The translations under genes were made by a program, and so were the position numbers. 64,000 bases of DNA from Marsupella aquatica. Its lineage: Eukaryota > Plantae > Marchantiophyta. The DNA is taken from positions 22,539,867-22,603,866 of the forward strand of contig OZ316894.1 of the NCBI GenBank assembly GCA_973895155.1, given 5' to 3'. Positions within the stretch are counted from its first letter, which is position 1, and each line of letters starts with the position of its first letter. Below the pieces are notes generated by a model. It was not told where the DNA came from. It worked only from the letters and a program-made list of their open reading frames with translations, and did no database searches. Of the stretch, positions 39,315 to 49,690 are shown one piece after another.

Positions 39315-39515
39315 ATGCTAGCTGCTCCGAGAGCCCCTGTGAAGAGTTTTCATCTCTATCAAAATTGTTACGACTCTTACATGTTCTCACAAGAAAAGCA
39401 AGAAATCGTAGAGGAGCAGATGGCCCCAGACCCATGTGTGGAAAAACCTGCAAAAGCAAGATTTTTGTATAGTCTGGAATTAGATTTATCACTGCTTCCT
39501 CCTGACGCTGCTTAG
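39315..39515 (+). promoter_or_regulatory. Candidate upstream ORF (66 aa) in the 5' leader of the F-box/kelch gene
   Basis: ATG follows a tgcag acceptor at ~39304; stops ~140 nt before the main ATG; C-terminal SLELDLSLLPP. Confidence 0.35.
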
Positions 39516-39657
39516 TACTTATTTTTTCAATTTCTCTGTATAAATGCCCTCCCTCTGTTCCTTCATCAAAGTCCGTGGAGGACGAGTGAGTCCGCGTTTG
39601 AAAGAGGATCAAGTGCCCACATAATCTGTTTGAATTGGAGACAGTATCTTGCCCAAC

Positions 39658-41642
39658 ATGATGAATGTGGAACTATATACGCCATTGTCCACTCCATGGT
39701 TGAGCAAATGTGGGCCACCGAAGTATGGTTACGAAGGGCCATACGTCGGCAATTCCTCTCGCTTGGTGGAGGCTGTCAGCTGGGTTCAGCAGTTAGCAGA
39801 GAGAGAGTCAATGATATCCACTAAACCCCGGCAAGAGACTGCAGTACTCCGTGGCGTTGCTCCTGTAGCAAAGCCCTCCAGCATTCAGATTGCTGGGAAG
39901 AGCCTTCTAGGACGGGGAGAGAATGCGGGGCTGCCGGGAAAAGTTGTAGAGAATGGTGAGAGCATCAAGTGGTATTGTGATAAATTTGAGGATTCTTCGT
40001 TCATTCCTGGCCTGCCTGACGATGTGGCACAAATGTGTCTCGCACTCGTGCGTCGTGAAGATTTTCCCGCAGTGAGGAAGGTGTGCAAGGCCTGGTGGGA
40101 TCTCATCTCCACCCGAGAATTCTACCTGACAAGAAAGGGTGTTGGCACCCTTGAAGAATGGCTATATGTTTTAGCTGTTGCCGAAGATATGAAGAGCACT
40201 CATTGGGAGGTGCTGAATCCGAAGCAGAAGGGAGATTGGAGAGCACTCCCTCGCATGCACGGACCGGGGAAAGTGGGGTCTGGGTCGATAGTGGTAAATG
40301 AGAAGCTTGTGGTCATTGGTGGTTTAGTGACGGATGACAAGGAAGCATACGTTTCAGCGGATGTCTACATATACGATCCAGTGCTGGATAAGTGCGTGCT
40401 CGATCATTCTCTCTGACCTCAATCTTTGATTGTCTCTCTCTATGCGTGTTTCGTAGCTGAGGTTTATGAAAAAAGTGGGGAAAAGGGGAACCTGGTTGCG
40501 GCATGTCAGATTTGTTCTTGTTACTTGTCCCTCGTCGAATGCCGTGAGCTTGTCTAGTTTGTTCTTGTACAGTGTGGTTTCAACGTAGTGCTCTTGTCCA
40601 TGGAAGACGAGCGCTCCCTCAGTTCATGCCTGCCTTCATGGCCAACTTAGAGTGGACACCCTTCATTTGAGATTGTGTTCACTTTGTGGATCCCTCAAAA
40701 GAAAGTACTCTACAGGGTGGGACCCTCCTTGGGTTTTGCACTGGGACCATCGTGAAAGAGGAGAGGTTTTGCTAATGAGAAGAGACCTGAAGGATGATTG
40801 TTGCTACCGCTCGATGCAAAGTCCAAATTGTTTCTCTTTTGCATCTCTCTTCACTTTGACTGACCGGTTGGTTAATAGGCTATTTGTTTATGACCGAGAC
40901 TTCCATTGGGCGGGAAAGGTACGGACTTTGTACTGTACGAAAAATACCTCGGTATGTCCACCCGTTTCATTCATTAGTTTACTATGCTGACCACCTTGTC
41001 TTTTTCTTTTGCAGCTGGACGAAGGTTACTAGTATGAAAACGGCTCGGTACGAATTTGCGTGTGGAGTTCTGGATGGTAAAGTATACGTTGTGGGTGGGC
41101 ATGGACCTGATGGAGAGGCCCTTTCAAGTATGGAGGTCTATGATCTCGAGAAAGACGAGTGGACAAGAACCCTTCCTCTCAAAAAGCCAAGGTGGGGATG
41201 CTTTGCGGTAGGCGTAGAGGGAAAGTTGTATGTGTTTGGTGGGCGGTCTAGTTTCACTCTTGGTAGTGCCCGTTTCATGGACGTCTTTGATCCCCAAACA
41301 GGTAGCTGGTCTGAAGTGAAAAACGGGTGTGCCATGGTGCTAACTCATGCCGTCCTCAATGGGAAGATCTACACTATCGAGTGGAAAGACGAGCGGTCTC
41401 TCCGGTGTTACGACACGGCAAAGAATCTCTGGACGAAAGTCACTCTCCCAATCCCATGCAAGTCCCGTGCTGGATTCTGCTTGGGAACTTATGGAAGTAA
41501 ACTTCAGTTCTTCCCAACTCAAGCCAAGCCAAGCTATGAAACCATAGTCTTCGATCCGGAGGCTCCGAAAGGCTCGGAATGGCAAACCACGACAATCAAG
41601 GCAAGGGGTGCCGTCCTGAGCTGTGCAACAATGACAGCTTGA
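39658..41642 (+). CDS. F-box/kelch-repeat protein, At1g67480-like; exons 39658..40391 and 41015..41642
   Basis: F-box FIPGLPDDVAQMCLALV...LEEWLYVL; kelch repeats ARYEFAC, GKVYVVGG, PRWGCFA, GKLYVFGGRSSFTLG; C-terminal SCATMTA; in-frame GT-AG intron 40392-41014. Confidence 0.92.
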
Positions 41643-42195
41643 CATGGTGTCTCAGAAGGCTTGATGTGGTCTCAGAAGGCTTGATGTGTAAACCTGCACA
41701 GCCAGTGGTATCCAGAAAAACAGAAAACAAAAAGAGGTGAACCAATCCCGAGGCGTCTAATCTTTGGAACGGTCTTGCAAAAACCCAGGTCTGTACGTAG
41801 TATCTACATCTGAGACGGGCTCCGGCTTATGCACCATAACTATGTAGCTGAGCAGGCATTCCAAGAAAATTCCGACTTTCCACCTCCGTGTAACCTCTGT
41901 CATTGTCGGCCTCTTCGTCACTCATTTTGTCTATTGAGCTCATTGAAAAGCACCAGTCCTTAGATTTAGGAATTGCAAGACTTGACACCCCTAAAACCGA
42001 CAGATGGCGTGGACTCACCTTGTATCTGATTGAATTTCTCCCAGATTTTACTAGCAAATTCTCATCCTCCGTTCAGACGTGTTCCATGGCATAATCCTGT
42101 TTCTGGGCTGTTCCTCCGTTCGCAGATCCACTGCGCATTTTTTTAAGCCAGATTCGAAGATTCTTTTCAGTAATATACGGAGAAAGAGTTGACAT

Positions 42196-42458
42196 GATTA
42201 TTGCGAATATGCAACCGCCTCAAGTTGCCCGAGTTTCCACAGTGTACATAGACATTGAGTATCATAGAGTTCTTACTTTGGGAGTATCACTTTGAGCATG
42301 GCCTTGAAGACCAACTCGCAATTGTTCTTTGCGGCTCGGCTCTGAGTAGATAACTTTGAGCATGGCCTTGAAGACAAACTCACAATTGTTCTTTGTGGCT
42401 CGGCTCTAAATCGATGCTCTACTTCTGTGACAGTCAAGAAAATTTGTTGGAGCTTCCT
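42196..42458. repeat. Copy of the 49260-49460 segment with an internal ~60-bp tandem duplication
   Basis: attattgcgaata.gcaaccgcctcaagttgcccga...gttggagcttcc is shared with 49260-49460. Confidence 0.9.
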
Positions 42459-44222
42459 CAAATCTCTATTTCATTCTACATCTGCCATTGTCTCTTCAGC
42501 ACCTCTGTTAATCTTCAACAAAAGGCAAGAGTTTGCCTCACTGCTCATAGGTCTTATGCAAGGAAAATGCATCTGACTTTTTCCCTTTCATTGTGAACCA
42601 CACTCATGTGAATATCCTGCCATAAATCCTATTGTAAACACAAAAAAAATTGCTTAAATTCTTCATCTTTCCCATGTCTCCCCTTCTCAGACATGTTTCA
42701 CACCAGCAACATCCATCAGGATGAAGAAAGAGCAATTCCTCATTCTCATATATGTTTTTTCTGGGTGAATACACAATACCTCTCTTAATATTTTTTTTAG
42801 GTGCCTTGTAAAGGTAAAGGTAATTTTATAGAAATCAAGAAATTTGTTAAGTAAGGTAAGAGCGCCAGGTACAAAAAATTGTATCCTGGCCAGCTCAGGT
42901 ATCCAACAAGATATTGGGCAAAACTTTACCTGCCCAACACTGGTTTATACAATATCAATACTGGAATTCTATCCACCTCCACAAACCCACCCTCACATTT
43001 TCAACCCCCACATAACGAGGGCAGTAGGCCAAGTGAGGCTCCCATTCATTCTGCTGAATTGACAATACCTTAAAGTTAAAATGACTGGATATTTTTCTTG
43101 TTTTTATTTTCAAGAATGAGATATGATGGATAACCAAGGGCAAGTGCAGGAAACTTTCCAACCCTTGAGGTCCGGAACCTTGAAAATTGAATAGAACAGG
43201 CGAAGGTTCACACTTAGCAAGTTCACCCTTAGCAGAGTGGCAGATTCTGTGAAGAACCAAAATCCACTTTCTTCCCGACAATTCGGGGAGAGCTAAGGGC
43301 CCTAAAAGAAAGGGCTCTTGACATGCAAGACTTCCCTAAGCCTGTTGGTTTAGGGAAGAATTTGGCAAAAATTCACCAGTTAAAAGAGCTTGACTTCTCA
43401 CCAAGTATTGATGTTGCTCCAAACACTGGTGGTAAAGTCCAAAAGGACAAGCATTACACTAGACTGATAGTTTTTCTTCTATCACAGATCCACTGTTCAA
43501 TGCCACACCAGCACCTGTCCACTGGCCAGTCTTTCAGGGTTTTGCCACTCCTACTGCAGTAGTTAAATGTCTTATTTAGCTTCCTTTCTTGTAGGGCCTG
43601 CTTCTCTTCTGGTTCCGGCCTCCTCGGTTCTTTGGGCTTCATGACCTTTGATCATCCCAGGTGCTGACCCCCTTTTGTTCTTTGGCAGTTTGATACACTA
43701 GCCCGATTACCCGTCCTTTGAACATGAATAGAGGTGAGGATAAAAAATTGTTGAATCTCGATGCCAGCAGCTGACAAAAGTTTCTTCAAGTAATTAAAGA
43801 AGAGCTGGCCCTTTCACCATAACTCTCTACCATTGATGACAACAGCCTACCTCTCACGGGCAGCCTCCCTAATCCATCTACTCTCTTCACATACAGCCCC
43901 TATTTCACCGCTTCTCTTCACAGGCGGCCTTATTTTCAAATGCAGCGCACTATTCCACCCCGATCCCAGATTTTCACCCCCACCCCTTCCCTAAATGACT
44001 TAGCTCAGTGTGTAAGGGCTTCACTCTAGAAGTAGACCTTCAAATCTCTCCCTAAGTTAGGGGCTTCACTCTAGAAGTAGACCTTGAAATTGCTCACTAA
44101 GTCACTGTAGGCTTCGCTCTAGAAGTAGACCTTCAAATCTCTCCCTAAGTCACGGGCTTCACTCAAGAGGTAGACCTTGAAATTGCTCCCTGAGTCAGTC
44201 TACAGGCTTCACTCTAGAGCCT
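42458..44222. mobile_element. Degenerate repeat element copy B
   Basis: Collinear with 19150-19880 plus 21344-22492; five ggcttcactctagaagtagacctt-type repeats at 44015-44222. Confidence 0.7.
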
Positions 44223-45109
44223 TCAAAGTAGCTTGGCATCTCAATTTAAGAATAAGATATCATTTGTGGACCACCACTCTTGTTGCATGGGGCCTTGTGA
44301 ATGAGTTGCAATTGGTTTTTTTTTCGAGTGAAAAAACAGGATGAGCATCAGTCTAGTACTTCAAAAGACCCACCGGGCCAAATTTGACATCGCCTCTTCT
44401 ATTCTCCTCTCTTCTCTTTGATCAAATTTGTTTTTCATCACAAAGCAATCGATTGATGCACCACGATGACTCTGGTGCGATCGATGTTTGCGCTCTCACT
44501 AAGTTGCCACAGGGATGAATCATGAACGGCGTGTGTTCGGGTTTGTGGGGATGGGGAGTGTCGATTGGTGCATCAATGGGCCGTAGCTGATATCAAATCT
44601 TCAAAAACTTCCCTGAATTTGGTTCCGCTCTCTCGCGCCGGCCTATTTTCATACGAGATGAGTAAAGTCTTGCACTGTGCTTCGTGAAATTGGAAGCTAC
44701 TTGGGGAAGGGAAATTCTGTTTCTCTATGAAGAAGGGTTGCTGTTACCTTGGTACAGATTCCATTCGTCAGCAGGCATGGTGGTATTTCTCTCCTTTTCT
44801 GAGAGAACCAGAAAGTTAAGGTATGAATGAAGTGGTTTGTGTATTCAGGCGTAGTTTCGCTGCAGGGGAGAGACGTTTTTTAGACAGTAGGAGGAGAGAC
44901 TGGCAATCCAGCCAGGTCGAAGATACAGAGGTATGAGTAGTGGACGGAATTCATTTCCATGTAGGTAGAGAGATTTCTCGAGCTCCTTCTGGATAATAAT
45001 GAGGTTTGAGCACGTTGAGGCATTAGTCTCTTTGCAGTGGCTGTGAAGGTTCAGATTGCTTTCCCTAGGCAGATGGAGGACCGTGTGTAACTTCTGGGGA
45101 ATGTAGTTC

Positions 45110-46942
45110 ATGAGTAGAATGGCAGGAATCATGGTTGGCACGCAGCGGGAACATGAGGGGCTGCCATCGATTGCCGACATTCCTGGCGTTTTGGTTTCTG
45201 CAATCTTGTGCCTGGTGCAGTCTGCAGCTGATAGGAACCGCGCGTCTGAGGTATGCCGCAGTTTCCGGCTCTACGAGCGTCAGACAAGACGGTCTCTCCT
45301 TCTTAGGGCACTTCAAAGGCATCTCGGTCTGGTCCCCCTGTGCTTCTCCAACGTCACCGATCTGGACCTTTCTGCGTTGACTTTGTTTCCCGACGAGGTA
45401 CCTACCTTCAAGCTGGAAAAGAATCATCAAATCAGAATCGGTAGAGCGTTTCCTAATGTTCGGAGTCTCAAGGTGCAGGCTATGAGCGACGAATCTGTGC
45501 GCGAAATTGGATTGATTTGGCCACGGATTGAGAGTATCTCATTCAGTCAGCAGAGGGTTGGAAGCAGTACTCCGAGTCTCAAAACCGTTTTGGAGACGTT
45601 CACATATCTTGAGGCCCTAGACGCCAGGAATATTCCCTGCAAAAGCCTGGCCGGTGCACTCTTTGAGAGTGGAAGTCTATCTTTGAAGTCACTCAATTTG
45701 GAAACACTGGTTATCACGAGTGATCTGGATATAAACCTTCTTTCTGAGAAATGTAGGGGTCTGGAGAGCCTCTGCATCACCGTCTATCCTGGCCTTGTGA
45801 GGGGTGATTGTTTCCTGAAGCTTTCTGAAAATTGTAGAAAGCTCTGCAAATTGCGGTTGTTCCTGTACTGGGACTCTCTCCGACAAGTCAATGTGGAAAG
45901 TGGTCGGAAATGTCTCGATTTGCTTGCGAGGATGGCCTCAGAGCTACAAGACATTGAAACCCACATTTCTTTCCAGGATATCCCGTCTATAGTGACCGGG
46001 AATCGAATGGAGTGTCTCGTAGAAATGGCCACCAGTATCCGTTCTCTGGTGCTATACTCGACTGATGCCGATTTGAAAGGCATCTGGAGCTGTAATAACC
46101 TCACAGAACTTACGTTTGGAGCTTGTGAGGGCCTTGGTGACGTAGACCTCGTGTCTGTTATCAGAAAATGCCCCAAGCTTAACACTCTTCGCATTTTGGA
46201 TTGCAAGCGGATCACGGAGCGAGGGTTGAAGGTAACGGCAGAGATTTCAAAATTAAGCTCTTTATCTTTGTGCTTTTTGAAGATACCTGTCACAGCTCAG
46301 GTCGATGCTGTGAAGCGCTTGTCGGGGTCATTAACATCCCTGCGGTTGATGTTGAATGGGCCTGTGGATTCCCTTTCCGGGCTCAGCGGATGGCCAAATT
46401 TGAGGAGACTTGAGGTGACTTTCACAAGCAGTCTCCCACTGGACAAGCTCACGGAGCCATGGTTGGAGTCATGCCCAAATTTGAAGCACCTTGGACTCGT
46501 GTTTAAAAATTGGTGTCCTTCAACACTTGGTTTTCTGTCGACGTCTCCTTCCCTGCGTTCTCTGTCTCTCTCGTTTTCGAAAGCCGTAAAGAAGGATCTG
46601 CTGTTGTCATTTCTGAAGGAAATCGCCCGACTACCCCAGCTGTCATCACTGTCCCTCTTTATCTGCAACAAGGAATGGCTTTCTCGAGAAGCAGGAGCAT
46701 TGCTTGCGAAGTGTCCCAAGCTTAAGAGCTTGAGCATCGTTTGGACTGTACAAGCATCTGCTGATGACCGCCAATTCATTATCCGGCCACTTCTACTCCA
46801 GTTACTTAAGATGAAATGCCTGCAAAACGTGGAGCTGCCTTCCTTCCTGATCGATGAGAACGACTGGAAGATCTTTTATCAAGGCTTGCATGCTCACACT
46901 ATGCAATCCATTCTCAGGAGCATTTATGACCTCCAAGCTTGA
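45110..46942 (+). CDS. Intronless F-box/LRR protein, divergent MAX2/D3-like (610 aa)
   Basis: IADIPGVLVSAILCLV..DRNRASEVCRSF..ERQTRRSLLLR..VPLCFSNVTDLDLSAL..FPNVRSL..WPRI, LESCPNL and LSREAGALLAKCPKLKSL are collinear with MAX2 motifs as recalled. Confidence 0.8.
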   Translation: MSRMAGIMVGTQREHEGLPSIADIPGVLVSAILCLVQSAADRNRASEVCRSFRLYERQTRRSLLLRALQRHLGLVPLCFSNVTDLDLSALTLFPDEVPTFKLEKNHQIRIGRAFPNVRSLKVQAMSDESVREIGLIWPRIESISFSQQRVGSSTPSLKTVLETFTYLEALDARNIPCKSLAGALFESGSLSLKSLNLETLVITSDLDINLLSEKCRGLESLCITVYPGLVRGDCFLKLSENCRKLCKLRLFLYWDSLRQVNVESGRKCLDLLARMASELQDIETHISFQDIPSIVTGNRMECLVEMATSIRSLVLYSTDADLKGIWSCNNLTELTFGACEGLGDVDLVSVIRKCPKLNTLRILDCKRITERGLKVTAEISKLSSLSLCFLKIPVTAQVDAVKRLSGSLTSLRLMLNGPVDSLSGLSGWPNLRRLEVTFTSSLPLDKLTEPWLESCPNLKHLGLVFKNWCPSTLGFLSTSPSLRSLSLSFSKAVKKDLLLSFLKEIARLPQLSSLSLFICNKEWLSREAGALLAKCPKLKSLSIVWTVQASADDRQFIIRPLLLQLLKMKCLQNVELPSFLIDENDWKIFYQGLHAHTMQSILRSIYDLQA

Positions 46943-49690
46943 CCTGCACTATTTAATATCAACCTCATCCTAGCAGGTTTTCTTTACCACTCGCAAGTCG
47001 GACACAAAATTGAATTGGGCAGTTGGGATGTTACAAAACTGTTTGGCGCTCAACAACTGGCCCATCATCATGGAAGTGACTTGGCCATCAGCTCTAACGT
47101 AATCATTTACTTGATGATGAAGACTCACATCTTGAAGTTACAGTCGAAAACTTGTCATCTAATACTTGATCAGATGTTCTTTTCAATCAGCAGCCATCTC
47201 CATCTTTCATTCTCATTCGTGTTGAATGTGCATGTGACCACTTGAAAGGATCGTGGCCCTGCGCGCCTCTGTCTTATTAACATTCAGTCCATGTGCCAGG
47301 TAAAACTTGAATTCAAGTAGAATCTCACCCTTGTAATACAACACTTCTCATCATTAGAGACCCTCAGGACTATATACGTAGGGATTTTCTGGTCAAATGC
47401 TTTCAGTTCAAAAGAACTTGTTGGATAGTGACCATCTTGATAGTGACCATCTCAAGCCTTGTAGTAACTTGGCTCAAGTTTCCATTTCATGCTAGGTCCT
47501 GACACTCGAACTAGGATTTGGGCAACATCCTACAGCACTGAAAATTATGAGATCACCTTCTGTAATGACAAAGGCACATCCAATTTTTCCCAGCATAGAA
47601 GACTTCATGGTCAGTCACCCTGATGAGCATAGTGCTTGATCTCATCAATACTTCTTAGCGGTGAGAACTCTATATTCAGTAGTTTGCAGGAAGGAACATT
47701 CACAGCAAGTGAACAACCTGCAGAATAGCAACCGGAGATCCCATATGAGTTTGGCCTGCTGGAGGTACACTGCACAGGGCTCCCTTGCCATGCTCTGTCT
47801 TGTGGAATCACATGGGAAATAATTGCCCACTGAGCTATGTGACATTTGCAACATAAGTCAATTTGTTGAAGACTTGGGAACCTCTTGATGGCGCCTTGAA
47901 ACATTTGAATCAATGGAGTCATCATTGGAATGATTGTCTTAGGTACGTTGACCCCTACACCAATGAGCTCAAGCTAGATCTTCGCATGACTTCTTTCCCT
48001 GGCCATCTTTATCCGGATTTCTTCCCAGCAATTCTCACTCTCAATGGTGGGAGATGTACCGACTCAGGGAACAGTAACATCCAGACACCAAGAGCACGAG
48101 AGTGGTCAAGGCTACCAGAATGGGCCGTTGTTGGTATTGGTCTACAACGAGAGCCTGCAAATGTTTTCCATTGTGATTGGAAACAGCATGATGTCCATTC
48201 TTCTGGCGCTGCCAATGCTGATCAAGTTGCTGTGCCCTTTCTTTCAGGTACAGTGATTCATCCCTGTTGGCTGAGCGAAACCTTTGCCTGGTCTTGTAAT
48301 TAGATCGTCGTACCTAGAGCTCGGGCATATTGCTCAGTTTTGTCAAATTATAACCAATTTTTTCAGCGAGACTCAAAGTGAGTTTTCTTAAACACTGTTG
48401 GCAAGACGAAGGTAACAGAAAGGTGACTTGTATATTGCCTGAATGTAATTATTCCAGGACGGGCTATGAGTCCAGTTCTCCAGACGTTTCAGATACTGAA
48501 AGTGACCATGAATACGGCCGAATGTGCAGCAACATCCAAGGAGCAGGAGTTTCATCACAGCCAATCCAAGAACTGAAGTCTCTGATATGTCAGACCAAAA
48601 TCACAGAATTTCCTAGCCCTGGAAGGAGCTGCGTAACTGCGATAGTGGCACTTTCTCCAAGCAATGCGACCTGGGTCAATTTCCTGTCCTCTGATATAGT
48701 ACTCTCTCAACTCAGTCCTCGTATTGATCGTAGTGAAGAATGCGGACTAGGATTGTATACATCTTTACTGCTGAATTTACATGTAAATGTTGTCATTCTC
48801 AGTTACATTGACAGATGTTTCACACATGTAAATAGAGATTCACATAGATTTACATAATTGCACAGGTTTCCGTGTATTGATGAACATTTAACGCATGTTA
48901 CCACTAGTTTTTGAAGTGCTACATACCTTCAGTGACACACCATTGACGTGTTTCCCTGACGGCACTTCACTAGTGAACAACTGCATCCTGGTTGTCTTGA
49001 CATGCTCGAGGGCATGTTCAAACTTATTTCAAAGCGACCCGGTCAAAATTAAAACTGGTTTGGTGCTTACTGATGATTCAGGTCGTAGAAATGTTACAAC
49101 GAGTGGGTGCATTCTCCATTCAAGAAAATGCAGAAGTTACGAGGAATAGGTGCATTCTCCATTCAAGCGTGCATGGCATCCGTTCTCCTACCCTATTCTT
49201 GATCTTATCTTGTTCCACTGTGCGCGCCTTCAACCACTCCAAACTAAATAAGAAAATTCATTATTGCGAATAGGCAACCGCCTCAAGTTGCCCGACTTTC
49301 CACAATGTACATAGACCTTGAGTATGATAGAGTTCTTACTTTGACAGTAGATAACTTTGAGCATGGCCTTGAAGACCAACTCACAATTGTTCTTTGCGGC
49401 TCGGCTCTAAATCGATGCTCTACCTCTGTGAACAGTCAAGAAAATCGGTTGGAGCTTCCACGGTGCAGGTCCGGATTCTCGGACTTTGCTGTCACTTTAT
49501 TCTAAGGGCCAAATATTGGTTTTGTTAACCACTTCATGAATAGGAGTTCGGATGCAATTTCACTGGTGGAGACTCGAAGACTGCTCACTTTCCTAAAAGA
49601 ATTGTCGGGAAGGAAAGGGATAAAACTGGATCTAAACATTTAAAAATCAGGATCCTGAATAGTGGAACCACGGGAAGTTTTCAAAAGAAT

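Noticed and set aside
47600-48860. Cluster of short ORFs, possible pseudogene
   Set aside because: No recognisable domain or consistent exon chain
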